Below are positions 30,022 through 39,520 of a DNA stretch of 64,000 nucleotides, piece by piece. Below the pieces are notes generated by a model. It was not told the origin of the DNA. It worked only from the letters and a program-made list of their open reading frames with translations, and did no database searches. The translations under genes and the position numbers were made by a program. The stretch's first letter is position 1, and every line of letters begins with the position of its first letter. The stretch comes from Dehalococcoidia bacterium (lineage in GTDB: Bacteria; Chloroflexota; Dehalococcoidia; UBA2979): the NCBI GenBank assembly GCA_964291495.2, contig OZ219871.1:1152001-1216000 (forward strand). The letters are read 5' to 3'.

Positions 30022-31269
30022 CTAGATCACCCCGTCGCGGCGCAGCGCCTCGAGCTCGTCCGCGCCGAGGCCAAGCGCGCCGTAGACCTCGGCGTTGTGC
30101 TCGCCGGTGAGGGGGGCGCGACGGGTCGTGCCGAGCGGGGTCTCGGACCAGATGCCCCAGGCGCCGGAGTAGCGGAAGCGCTCGCCCAGCTCGGGGTGCT
30201 CGATCTCCTGCCAGTAGCCGCGGTCCTCCCAGTGCGGGTCCGGGAGGATCTCGTCGAGGCTGCGCACCGCGCCCCAGGCGTGGCTGCGCTCCTGCGCGCC
30301 CCGGTAGGCCTCCTCGGCGGGCACGTTCGGGAAGAAGTCGCGCAGCACGTCGCTGATGTGGTTCTGCTCCTCCACGATCTGATCCTGCTCCGCGAAACGC
30401 TCGTCCAGCAGGTCGTCCGCGGCGTCGTACTGGTCCAGCCACTCGCCGATGCTGCGCAGCTGCGGAGGCGAGAGCCGCTGGTTGAACATCGCGTTCACGT
30501 ACTTGCCATCGGCGCACTCGAACTGCGTGTGCGGGCGCGGCAACGACCACGCGGCGTGGCGGCCCGTCTGCCGCCGCAGCTCGCGCCCGGTGGCGAAGTA
30601 GATCGGCACCGCCATCTCCGTCGTCAGCGCGCAGGCGTCGTGGATCGAGACGTCGAGGAACTGCCCCTCGCCCGTGAACTCACGATCGAGCAGCGCGGTG
30701 GCGATCGCCAGCAGCGCGTAGTGGCCGCCGATGTGCCAGGCATTGCCGCCGCCCGGCGCGATCGGCGGGGCGTCCGGGGCCTCGTCCTCGTCGTAGCCGG
30801 AGGAGGCCATCTGCCCGCCGGCGGCCATGTGCACGAGGTCCGTCGCGATGTAGTCGCGCCACGGCCCGTCCTGCCCGAACGGCGAGAGCGAGCAGTAGAC
30901 GAGCTCCGGGTCCGCGCCGCGCAGCTCCTCCGGCCCGAGGCCGAGCGCCGGCAGCGTGCCGGGGCGCGTGGTCTCAAGCAGCACGTCGGCCCCGCCGACG
31001 AGCGTGCGGAACAGCTCCGCGCCGCGCGGATCCTCGAGGTCCAGCGTGATGCCGCGCTTGCCGCAGTTGTAGTGCCAGAAGGAGAGCGAGCGCTCGCGGT
31101 GCGGCTCGTCGTGGTAGTACGGGCCCACCTCGCGCTCGCTCGAGCCGCCCGGCGGCTCGACCTTGATCACGTCGGCGCCCAGCTCGGCGAGCAGGCGGCC
31201 GCACCAGCGACTGGCCTCGCCACCCAGCTCGACGACGCGCAAGTCGGCGAAGGGGCGGTTGTCGCTCAT
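30022..31269 (-). CDS. class III CoA-transferase subunit (catalytic Asp apparently absent)
   Basis: LRVVELG, LGADVIKVEPPGG, GKRGITLD; translationally coupled to the upstream paralogue. Confidence 0.88.
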   Translation of the reverse strand: MSDNRPFADLRVVELGGEASRWCGRLLAELGADVIKVEPPGGSSEREVGPYYHDEPHRERSLSFWHYNCGKRGITLDLEDPRGAELFRTLVGGADVLLETTRPGTLPALGLGPEELRGADPELVYCSLSPFGQDGPWRDYIATDLVHMAAGGQMASSGYDEDEAPDAPPIAPGGGNAWHIGGHYALLAIATALLDREFTGEGQFLDVSIHDACALTTEMAVPIYFATGRELRRQTGRHAAWSLPRPHTQFECADGKYVNAMFNQRLSPPQLRSIGEWLDQYDAADDLLDERFAEQDQIVEEQNHISDVLRDFFPNVPAEEAYRGAQERSHAWGAVRSLDEILPDPHWEDRGYWQEIEHPELGERFRYSGAWGIWSETPLGTTRRAPLTGEHNAEVYGALGLGADELEALRRDGVI

Positions 31270-32627
31270 GGCGCCTCCTCCGTCCCGGCCTCCGAGGTCT
31301 CATCGAGCAGGTAGGGCTCGAGCGGCTCGCTCGGCGGCCAGAGCCAGCCATCGTCGTAGCCGGCGCGCAACTCCTCCTCGCTGAGGCCGAGCATGCCGCA
31401 CAGCACCTCGCGGTTGTGCTCCCCTGCAAACGGCGCGATGCGCCGCGCCGTGGTCTCGTTGACCGCGGATTGCCACGGCAGGTTCTGGTAGCCCCGCTCG
31501 CCCACCACCGGGTGGGGGTGGTGCGAGAAGAGGCCGCGCTGGCGCAGCTGCGGGTCGTGCTCGACGCGATTCTCGTTGCTCTGCACGGGCATCGCCGGCA
31601 CGCCCGCTGCCTGGCAGCGCTCGGCCAGCTCATACTTGCCGAGGGTCAACGTCCACGCCTCGATCCGCTCGTCAAGCTCCTCCTGGTGCTCGAGGCGGCC
31701 CTCGAGGCTGTCGAAGCGCGCCTCGGCGGCCCACTCCGGCGAACCCATCACGCCCTGCAAGGCCCGCCAGTCGGCGTCGTCGCGGCAGACGATGGCGCAC
31801 CAGTCGTTGTAGCCGCCGCCGGCGCTGCGGTAGGCGTTGTGCGGGGCGGCGATGGCGCCGCGGTAGTTGTGCAGCAGCGGCGTGCCGGGCCAGTGCGCGC
31901 GGTTGCCGGGCGGGAAGCCCTCGCGGCGCGCGGGCCGCCCGTTCACCGTCGCGTCGAGGATTGCGGAGCCCGCGAGGCCGATCCCGAGCCCGGCCTGCGA
32001 GACGTCGATGTGCTGGCCGCGGCCGGTGCGCCTGCGCTGCCGCAACGCGCTCAGGATCGCGATCGCGCCGAAGATCCCTCCCGTGTCGTCGAGGTAGGAC
32101 CAGCCCCAGCCCGCGGGCGGCCGGTCGGGCAGTCCCGACAGGAACGTCAGCCCGGAGAGCGCCTGCGCGCTCGGCCCGAAGGTGCGGTAGGGGTGATCGC
32201 GGCCGATGTGGCCGAGGCCGGACATCGAGACGTAGACGAGACCGGGGTTCAGCTCGCGCAGCTGCTCGTAGCCAAGCCCCCAGCGCTGCATCACGCGCGA
32301 GGTGAAGTTCTCCAGCACCGCGTCGGAGTCGGCGAGCAGCCGCCTCAGCAGCTCGCGAGCCCGCTCGTCGCGCAGGTTCATCGTGACGCTGCGCTTGTCC
32401 ATGTGCTTCTCGACGAACCAGTGATTGCCTTCGAGGCTCGGTACGGCGTCCTCTGGCATCCCGACGGTGGTGAAACGGTCCTGGTGGTGGACCGTCCCGC
32501 GCTGCGGCCACTCCACCTTGATCACGTCCGCGCCGAGCGTCGCGAGGATGCGCGTCGCCCACGGCCCCGCGCGCACCCAGCTGAGGTCGACGATGCGGAT
32601 GCCCTCGAGCGCGAGCCGCTTGGTCAT
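31266..32627 (-). CDS. class III CoA-transferase subunit
   Basis: LEGIRIVDLSWVRAGP, LGADVIKVE, ENF, YLD catalytic Asp region; ATG at 32627. Confidence 0.9.
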   Translation of the reverse strand: MTKRLALEGIRIVDLSWVRAGPWATRILATLGADVIKVEWPQRGTVHHQDRFTTVGMPEDAVPSLEGNHWFVEKHMDKRSVTMNLRDERARELLRRLLADSDAVLENFTSRVMQRWGLGYEQLRELNPGLVYVSMSGLGHIGRDHPYRTFGPSAQALSGLTFLSGLPDRPPAGWGWSYLDDTGGIFGAIAILSALRQRRRTGRGQHIDVSQAGLGIGLAGSAILDATVNGRPARREGFPPGNRAHWPGTPLLHNYRGAIAAPHNAYRSAGGGYNDWCAIVCRDDADWRALQGVMGSPEWAAEARFDSLEGRLEHQEELDERIEAWTLTLGKYELAERCQAAGVPAMPVQSNENRVEHDPQLRQRGLFSHHPHPVVGERGYQNLPWQSAVNETTARRIAPFAGEHNREVLCGMLGLSEEELRAGYDDGWLWPPSEPLEPYLLDETSEAGTEEAP

Positions 32628-33127
32628 GCCGGCGCCTCCGTTCGCTCCAACTCCGCGTCGAGCCGCCAGACCGCGGTGCCCTCGGGTGTCTCGAGGGCGC
32701 GCCAGGCGGGGACGGTGTAGGCGCCGTCCGGCGCCTCCTCCCAGGCGACCTCGACCGCCGCGCCCACGCCCGCGGCATCCTCGCCGTCGAGCAGCAGGCC
32801 TGCCAGCCGCACGGGCTCGCCGTCCTCGTTCGCGCAGTCCGGCAACTCGACGAGGGCGACGACGTAGGGGGCGGCAGGGCGGAACGCGGGGAGCACGGAG
32901 TGCGCGACGACGACGTAGCTGGCGATCACGCCCCGGCCCTCGGCCTCGTGCCATTCGAGGTCGAAGGAGCGGCAGCGCGGGCAGAGCGGCGCGGGCGGAT
33001 ACCAGCGCCGGCCGCAGTCCGCGCAGGCGCGCACGACCAGCCGGTGCTCGCGCGCAGCCGCCCAGAACTCCTCGGAGTCCGGGTCCGGCTGCAGCGCGAT
33101 CAGCGAGTAGTCGACGGCTCCCTGCAT
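32624..33127 (-). CDS. DUF35 Zn-ribbon/OB-fold protein (ChsH2 C-terminal-like)
   Basis: FWAAAREHRL, CADC...CPRC, PYVVALVEL. Confidence 0.87.
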   Translation of the reverse strand: MQGAVDYSLIALQPDPDSEEFWAAAREHRLVVRACADCGRRWYPPAPLCPRCRSFDLEWHEAEGRGVIASYVVVAHSVLPAFRPAAPYVVALVELPDCANEDGEPVRLAGLLLDGEDAAGVGAAVEVAWEEAPDGAYTVPAWRALETPEGTAVWRLDAELERTEAPA

Positions 33128-33155
33128 CTCGCTCCCCGTCCTGTCCCTGCCGTCC

Positions 33156-34463
33156 CTAGCGCCGCAGCACCACGGTCCAGCCCTGCTGCGCGCCACCGCC
33201 GCCTGCGCAGAAGGCGACGCTGGGCGGGCTCGGGTGCTCAACCGGCTCGCCGCGCGCGCGGCGGCGGCGATCCTCGCGCGCGAGGGCCTGGCGGCAGCCC
33301 TGTGCCCGATCGTACGTGTGCTCGCCCTGCCGCCAGCCCGCGCAGAGGTCGTCGGTGCGGCCGCGGAGCTGGCGCGCGCTCTCGATCAGGTAGCCGATGC
33401 CGTGCGCGTAGCCCTCGGAGAGCTGGCCGCCGTTGGTGTTCTGCGGCAACTCGCCGTCGAGGTGGATGCGCCCGCCCCCGACGAAGTCGCCGCCCTCGCC
33501 CTCGCCGCAGAAGCCGAAGGCCTCCAGGTACATCATCGGTGTGGTGGTGAAGTTGTCGTACATCGTGACGATGTCCACGTCCTCGGGGCCGATGCCAGCG
33601 CTGCTGAAGGAGCGCTCGCGCACGAACTTGCCCCAGCCCTCGGTCATGTCGGGGCGGCCCCAGGTCCAGCTCGGGTTGTGGGTGGAGGCGCGCGCGCAGC
33701 CGCCCATGATGTAGACCGGCGGCTGCTCGAGGTCGGCGGCACGCTCCGCGGAGGTCACGATCAGCGCTCCCGCCACGTCGTTCTCCTGGCAGCAGTCGAG
33801 CAGCCGGAACGGCTTCGCGATCCAGCGCGAGTTCTGGTGGTCGTCGATGCTGATCGCCTCGCGGCGCGTCGCCTTCGGGTTGAGCGTCGCGGCGAAGCGC
33901 TGCGTCACGGCGAGGTCGGCCATGTGCAGCGTGTTGTAGCCGTAGCGCTGGAGGTAGGACATCGCCTCGAAGGCGTAGATCGTCGGCGCGCCGCGGATGC
34001 CGAACGGCACCTGGTACTGCCCACGCCCCGCCGCGGCGACCGGCTGCGGCCTCGGCGCCTCGCCGCCGCGCGTCGCGGCGCCGCCGCCCATGCGCAGGCC
34101 GGAGCGCCCGTTCATGGAACGCCAGACCGCCACCGTCTCGCAGTACCCCGCCTCGATCAGCGCGATCGACTGCGCGACGAGCTGCCCGATGCTGTTGCCG
34201 CCGCCGAGGATGTCGACGCCCATGTTGGTACGGATGCCGAGCGCCGAGGCGACCTCGGCGTTGCCGCAGGAGTCGCCCGCCGTCGCCTGATGGCTGGCCA
34301 GCCCGTCGATCTCATCGACGGCGATGCCGGCGTCGGCCGCGGCCGTGACGATCGCCTCGCAGGCCATGGACAGCGTCGTGCGGCCGGACCAGCGGGAGTA
34401 CTCCGTCTCGCCGACGCCGACGATGCAGTAGCGGTCGCGCAGGCCCGGCCCGGATTGCACCAC
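33156..34463 (-). CDS. thiolase-superfamily lipid-transfer/aldolase protein (Ltp2-like)
   Basis: IVGVGETEY, LDCCQENDVA, YDNFT, NTNGGQLSEGYAHG; adjacent DUF35 gene. Confidence 0.85.
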   Translation of the reverse strand: MVQSGPGLRDRYCIVGVGETEYSRWSGRTTLSMACEAIVTAAADAGIAVDEIDGLASHQATAGDSCGNAEVASALGIRTNMGVDILGGGNSIGQLVAQSIALIEAGYCETVAVWRSMNGRSGLRMGGGAATRGGEAPRPQPVAAAGRGQYQVPFGIRGAPTIYAFEAMSYLQRYGYNTLHMADLAVTQRFAATLNPKATRREAISIDDHQNSRWIAKPFRLLDCCQENDVAGALIVTSAERAADLEQPPVYIMGGCARASTHNPSWTWGRPDMTEGWGKFVRERSFSSAGIGPEDVDIVTMYDNFTTTPMMYLEAFGFCGEGEGGDFVGGGRIHLDGELPQNTNGGQLSEGYAHGIGYLIESARQLRGRTDDLCAGWRQGEHTYDRAQGCRQALAREDRRRRARGEPVEHPSPPSVAFCAGGGGAQQGWTVVLRR

Positions 34464-34494
34464 CGCCGCTGCCCTTCCCCGTGCCCCGAGGGCG

Positions 34495-35352
34495 CTACGA
34501 GGCGTCCGCGCTCCCTGCGACCGCGAGCGGGAGCACCTCGTTCATCGAGCCCGAGCGGAAGCCCTCGAGGTCGACGGTCACGTACGCAAAGCCCGCGCTC
34601 TTGACCGCATCGACGATCTGCGAGCGCAGCGGCTCGGCAAGGGCGCGCGCCAGCTCCTCGGGGCCGAGCTCGACGCGGGCGACGCGGTCGTGGTGGCGGA
34701 CGCGCAGCTCGCGGAGGCCGAGCACGCGCAGCGCCAGCTCCGCTTCGGCGATCTGGCGCAGCTTCTCCGGCGTCACCTCGCTGCCGTAGGGAATGCGCGA
34801 GGCGAGGCAGGCCATCGCCGGCTTGTCCCAGGTGGGCACGCCCAGGCGCTTCGCGAGCGCGCGCACGTCGGCCTTCGTGAACCCTGCCTCGGCGAGCGGG
34901 CTGCGCACGCCGTGCTCGCGGGCCGCGCGCCGCCCGGGCCGGAAGTCGCCGCTGTCGTCGGCGTTCGCGCCATCGAGGACCACTGCGTCGCCGAGATCCT
35001 CGCGAGCCAGCGCGTCGAGCAGCGAGTAGAGCTCGTCCTTGCACTCGAAGCAGCGCTCCGGCGAGTTCTCGACGTAGCCCGGCCGGTCGATCTCGTGCGT
35101 ATCAATCTCGCGGTGCGCGATGCCGATCGCCGCGGCGACGCGGCGCGCCTCCTCGCGCTCGCTCGGGGCGAGCGAGGGCGAGACGCCGGTCACGGCGAGC
35201 GCGCGATCGCCCAGCGCCTCAACCGCGGCGGCGGCGAGCAGGCTGGAGTCGACGCCGCCGGAGAAGGCGACGACGGCCCTCGGAAGCTCCGCGAGCAGGC
35301 GGCGCAGCTCGGCCGTCCGGGCATCGAGGTCGCGTGCGTCCTGCTCGTCCAT
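34495..35352 (-). CDS. larE: ATP-dependent sulfur transferase LarE
   Basis: PP-loop AFSGGVDS, RCFECK, DFRPG, KPAMACLASRIPYG, GFRSGSMN. Confidence 0.92.
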   Translation of the reverse strand: MDEQDARDLDARTAELRRLLAELPRAVVAFSGGVDSSLLAAAAVEALGDRALAVTGVSPSLAPSEREEARRVAAAIGIAHREIDTHEIDRPGYVENSPERCFECKDELYSLLDALAREDLGDAVVLDGANADDSGDFRPGRRAAREHGVRSPLAEAGFTKADVRALAKRLGVPTWDKPAMACLASRIPYGSEVTPEKLRQIAEAELALRVLGLRELRVRHHDRVARVELGPEELARALAEPLRSQIVDAVKSAGFAYVTVDLEGFRSGSMNEVLPLAVAGSADAS

Positions 35353-35470
35353 CGCTCGTCCTCGCGCGGCGGCGGGGTCCGCCGTGGGCCGCCGCCGCTG
35401 TAGTCTAGCGCAGCGGCGGCTGACCGCCTGCGACCGGGGAGTCGCGGCCAGACGCAGGCGGGGGTGCGAA

Positions 35471-36256
35471 CTGAGCAACGACGGGATTCAACTGGAGGCG
35501 CTGCTGGAGCGGGTCGCGCGGGGCGAGCTGAGCCCGAGCGACGCCGCCGAGCGGCTGCGCGTGCTGCCCATCGAGGATCTCGGCTTCGCCCGCCTCGATC
35601 ACCACCGCGCGATCCGCGACGTCCTGCCGGAGGTCGTGCTCGCCGAGGGCAAGACCGCGCAGCAGGTCGTCGCCGCTGGTTGCGCGATCCTCGAGCGCGC
35701 CGGCTGCCTGCTCGTCACCCGCGCCTCCGAGGAGATCGCGCAGGCACTCGAGGCCGCGATCCCGGACCTGCGCCGCCACCCGCCCTCGACGACGCTGAGC
35801 GTCGACCGCCGGCCGCCGCGCTCGCTACGCAGCGGCGTCGTCATCGCCAGCGGCGGCACCGCCGACCTCGCCGTGGTCGAGGAGGCGGCGGCGACCTGCG
35901 CGCTGATGGGCCACGAGGTAGACCGCATCGTCGATGTCGGCGTGGCCGGCATCCACCGCGTGCTCGCGGAGACGGAGGCGCTGCGCCGCGCGAACGTGAT
36001 CGTCGTCGTCGCGGGCATGGACGGGGCGCTGCCGAGCGTCGTCGCCGGCCTCACCGCCGCGCCGGTGATCGCCGTGCCGACGAGCAACGGCTACGGCGCG
36101 GCCTTCGAAGGCCTCGCGCCGCTGCTCACCATGCTCAACGCCTGCGCGACGGGCGTCTCCGTGGTCAACATCGACAACGGCTTCGGCGCGGGCTACATCG
36201 CCGCGCTGATCAACGAGCAGGCGTGGTCCGGGCCGCCGGACCGCGACGCCGGGTAG
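35471..36256 (+). CDS. larB: nickel pincer cofactor biosynthesis protein LarB
   Basis: DLGFARLDHHR, EGKT, GTADL, DVGVAGIHR, AGMDGALPSVV, VVNIDNGFGAG. Probable CTG start at 35471. Confidence 0.92.
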   Translation: MSNDGIQLEALLERVARGELSPSDAAERLRVLPIEDLGFARLDHHRAIRDVLPEVVLAEGKTAQQVVAAGCAILERAGCLLVTRASEEIAQALEAAIPDLRRHPPSTTLSVDRRPPRSLRSGVVIASGGTADLAVVEEAAATCALMGHEVDRIVDVGVAGIHRVLAETEALRRANVIVVVAGMDGALPSVVAGLTAAPVIAVPTSNGYGAAFEGLAPLLTMLNACATGVSVVNIDNGFGAGYIAALINEQAWSGPPDRDAG

Positions 36257-36269
36257 CAGGCGGCAAACG

Positions 36270-37457
36270 ATGCGGGTCGTCTACGTCGACGCGCGCTTCG
36301 GGGCGGCCGGCGACATGCTGCTCGGCGCAGCCCTCGACGCCGGCGCGGACCTCGAGGCCGTGCGTGAGGCGCTGGCCGCCCTGCCGGTCGAGGGCTGGTC
36401 GCTCGACGTGCAGACCGTGCATCGTGCGGGTTTCGCCGCCACGAAGGCGAACGTCTCCGTCGAGACGCCCCAGCCGCCGCGAACCGCGAGCGAGATCGTC
36501 GCGATGATCGAGGCCGCCGCGCTGCCGCCGCGCGTCCGCGAGCGCGCCGTCGCGACCTTCGAGCTGCTCGGCAGCGCCGAGCGCGCCGTGCACGGCACGC
36601 CCGAGGGCGAGGACGCGCACCTCCACGAGGTCGGGGGCGTGGACGCGATCGTGGACGTCGTCGGGACCTTCGCCGCTCTCGAGACCCTCGGTGTCGAGCG
36701 AATCTACGGGAGCGGGCTGCCGGCGGGCGGCGGCACGGCGCGGGCGGCGCACGGCCGCCTCCCGGTGCCCGCGCCGGCGGTGCTGGAGATCGCCGCCCGC
36801 AGCGGCGCGACGCTCCTGGAGGCGCAGCCGGGCGAGCCGCCCTCGGAGCTCGTTACGCCGACGGCGATGGCGATCCTCGGTGCGGTCGCGGAGTTCGAAC
36901 GGCCCGCGCTGCGCCTCGAACGCATCGGGATCGGCGCCGGGACCCGCGACCCCGAGGGCTGGCCGAACGTCGTGCGGCTCTGGATCGGCGAGGCCGAGGA
37001 GCGCGGGACCGGCCTGCGCCCGATCGCGCTGCTGGAGACCAACGTCGACGACATGCCGGGCGAGCACCTGCCGTTCCTCGAGGCGCGGCTGCGCGAGGCG
37101 GGCGCGCTCGACGTCTGGTGGGCGGCGGTGCAGATGAAGAAGGGGCGGCCGGGCCTGCAGATCACGGCCGTCGCCGCGCGCGAGGACGCCGACGCCGTCG
37201 CCGCCTCGATGCTGGAGCACTCACCGACGCTCGGGGTGCGGGCGACAGAGCTGCTGCGCTACGAGGCGGAGCGCGAGGTCTTCGAGTTCGAGAGCTCGCT
37301 CGGCCCCGCTGCGGTGAAGGTCAAGCGCCTCCCCGGCGAGCCGCCACGCGCGGCCCCGGAGTACGAGCACGCGCGCGCCCTCGCCGAGCGCAGCGGCCTG
37401 CCAATCGCCGAGGTCTACGCGCTGCTGACGCAGGAAGCCCTCGCGCTGCTGGAGTAG
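36270..37457 (+). CDS. larC: nickel insertion protein LarC
   Basis: GAAGDMLLGA, HLHEVGGVDAIVD, HGRLPVPAPA, ELVTPT, LETNVDD, MKKGRPG, PEYE. Single frame, no His-rich linker. Confidence 0.93.
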   Translation: MRVVYVDARFGAAGDMLLGAALDAGADLEAVREALAALPVEGWSLDVQTVHRAGFAATKANVSVETPQPPRTASEIVAMIEAAALPPRVRERAVATFELLGSAERAVHGTPEGEDAHLHEVGGVDAIVDVVGTFAALETLGVERIYGSGLPAGGGTARAAHGRLPVPAPAVLEIAARSGATLLEAQPGEPPSELVTPTAMAILGAVAEFERPALRLERIGIGAGTRDPEGWPNVVRLWIGEAEERGTGLRPIALLETNVDDMPGEHLPFLEARLREAGALDVWWAAVQMKKGRPGLQITAVAAREDADAVAASMLEHSPTLGVRATELLRYEAEREVFEFESSLGPAAVKVKRLPGEPPRAAPEYEHARALAERSGLPIAEVYALLTQEALALLE

Positions 37458-37483
37458 GGGAAGCCGTCAGCGCAGGGCTCTGG

Positions 37484-37924
37484 TCAGGCCTCCCACTCGA
37501 GGACAAGGTTGTCGGCCGGCATGTTGAAGTCGAGACGGACCTCGCTCAGGAGGTCGCGGCCCAGCAGCGACGGGATTCCCGCAGTCGTCGGTCCCAACTC
37601 GATGTGCAGGCGGACTTCCGAGGCCATCAGGGCGCCCTCATCCGTCCTGAATACGAGCACGGCGTCCTCCCTGCCGTAGAGGACCGGGACCCCGGCGATG
37701 CCGTAGGCCTGTGCCTGATCCGGGAACACCGTGTCGGCAGGGAGCTCGTCGCCCGTACGCGTTCGGAGCAAGTTACGATCGCCCCAGTGGATCGTGGTCG
37801 TGTCGGCGCCTGTGTCCACGAAGAGGCTGACCTTTGCGGTCACGCCCAGCCGGGGAAGGAGCACGTCCGCATCGACGAAGGGCTGGCGATCGTCGCCCTC
37901 GAAGTAGCCCCTTGTGCTCGGCAC
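37484..37924 (-). CDS. retropepsin-like aspartyl protease
   Basis: Single-domain FVDTGADTT and SLLGRDLL clan AA motifs; GTG at 37924. Confidence 0.8.
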   Translation of the reverse strand: MPSTRGYFEGDDRQPFVDADVLLPRLGVTAKVSLFVDTGADTTTIHWGDRNLLRTRTGDELPADTVFPDQAQAYGIAGVPVLYGREDAVLVFRTDEGALMASEVRLHIELGPTTAGIPSLLGRDLLSEVRLDFNMPADNLVLEWEA

Positions 37925-37932
37925 CCAAGGCC

Positions 37933-38229
37933 CTACAGGATCCAGGTTCGTTCTTCGGTATCCAGCAGGTCCAGCGCCACTCCGTCGGAATCCTGGTAGG
38001 CCTCGCGAACGGTGCGCATCACGCCCTCCGGGGTGTCCCCGTGAGCCACGACCCGCCGGCGAAGGATGGCGATCCACTGGTCGGGGTACTGGCGCTTGAG
38101 GCGCTCGCGATTCTCATCCAGGTACTCCCGATTCTCCCTCAACCGGCGTAGACCCGTGTGGACAGCGTCCGCGCCGCCAAACGGTTCGAGCACCTCACGC
38201 AGTTCTTCGTCCGGAACGATCCTGGCCAT
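37933..38229 (-). CDS. DUF5678-like small protein
   Basis: REYLDENRERLKRQYPDQWIAILRRRVVAHGDT pattern; ends 8 nt before the protease gene. Confidence 0.72.
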   Translation of the reverse strand: MARIVPDEELREVLEPFGGADAVHTGLRRLRENREYLDENRERLKRQYPDQWIAILRRRVVAHGDTPEGVMRTVREAYQDSDGVALDLLDTEERTWIL

Positions 38230-38370
38230 TGCCCGTCCCTCGTGCCTCAAGCGACAGCATAGCAGAACCTTGTCAGTCCGCCCAGCCGCCGGACGTAGTC
38301 CCGGCGCAACGCACCGCTAGAATGCGCGCGCCGCACGAGACAGCTGCGGCAAGCCGCGGGAGGAACGCGC

Positions 38371-39519
38371 ATGAAGCTCGATCTGCTCTACGAGCTGTCC
38401 TGTCCGAAGCCCTGGAACGAGGAGAAAGAGCGCAATGCCTACTACAACGCGCTCGACCAGATCGTGCTCGCCGACCAGCTCGGCTTCGGCACCGTCTGGG
38501 AGGTGGAGCACCACTTCCTCTCCGAGTTCTCGCACTCCTCGGCGCCGGAGATCTTCCTCGCCTGCGTCTCGCAGCGGACCGAACGGATCCGCATCGGGCA
38601 CGGCGTGGTGCTCCTGCCGAACCCGTTCAACTACCCGATCCGCGTCGCCGAGCGCATCGCCGCCCTCGACATCATGAGCCGGGGCCGCGTCGAGTTCGGG
38701 ACGGGACGCTCCACCTGGTACGAGCAGGCCGGGTTCAACGTCCGCCCCGACGAGACGCGCGCTATGTGGCAGGAGGCGCTCAGCATCATCCCGAAGATGT
38801 GGTCCAGCGAGCAGTTCTCGCACAAAGGCGAGCACTTCGAGATCCCCGAGCGCAACGTCCTGCCGAAGCCGATCCAACGCCCGCACCCGCCGGTCTGGGT
38901 CGCCGGCACGCAGGACGAGTCGTTCGAGATCGCAGGCCGCCTCGGCATCGGCATGCTCGCGCTCACGATCATGGTGCCGGTCGAGGAGCTGGAGCGGCGC
39001 ATCGCGATGTACCGCAAGGCGAGCGAGAACGTCGAACCGATCACCGACGTCGTCAACGACCGCATCAACTGCCTCACGCTCGTCCACTGCGCGCGCACCA
39101 CGCGCGAGGCGATCGAGAACGGCGCACCTCAGGCCGTCGCCTGGTACCTGCGCACGGTCGCCGCCCTCTTCGCCCCGCCCGAGGGCGGAGAGATCGTCTC
39201 GGGCTTCGACTTCGCCGCGCACGGCCGGCGCAGCCTCGAGGATTCCGTCCCGCAGCTGCAGAACGAGGCGACGCGGGCCATCGACGAGTTCCACCAGGGC
39301 GAGATCGGCGTTGACGACCTTTACGAGGCGCTGAACACCGACGAGATGGTGATCATCGGCGACCCGGAGCAGTGCCGGAAGAAGCTGGAGCGCTACGCCG
39401 ACCTGGGCCTCAACAGCCTGATGTGCCAGGTCCAGATCGGCGACCTCTCCCACGAGGCCGTCATGAAGTCCGTCGGCCTGCTCGGCCGGGAGGTCCGCCC
39501 GCTGATCGACCCGGACTGA
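38371..39519 (+). CDS. LLM class flavin-dependent oxidoreductase
   Basis: WEVEHHF, SAPE, PIRVAERIAALD, GRVEFGTGR, PKPIQRPHPP. Confidence 0.9.
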   Translation: MKLDLLYELSCPKPWNEEKERNAYYNALDQIVLADQLGFGTVWEVEHHFLSEFSHSSAPEIFLACVSQRTERIRIGHGVVLLPNPFNYPIRVAERIAALDIMSRGRVEFGTGRSTWYEQAGFNVRPDETRAMWQEALSIIPKMWSSEQFSHKGEHFEIPERNVLPKPIQRPHPPVWVAGTQDESFEIAGRLGIGMLALTIMVPVEELERRIAMYRKASENVEPITDVVNDRINCLTLVHCARTTREAIENGAPQAVAWYLRTVAALFAPPEGGEIVSGFDFAAHGRRSLEDSVPQLQNEATRAIDEFHQGEIGVDDLYEALNTDEMVIIGDPEQCRKKLERYADLGLNSLMCQVQIGDLSHEAVMKSVGLLGREVRPLIDPD

Positions 39520-39520
39520 G

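Noticed and set aside
36270-37457. Programmed frameshift in larC
   Set aside because: The gene is one continuous frame here.
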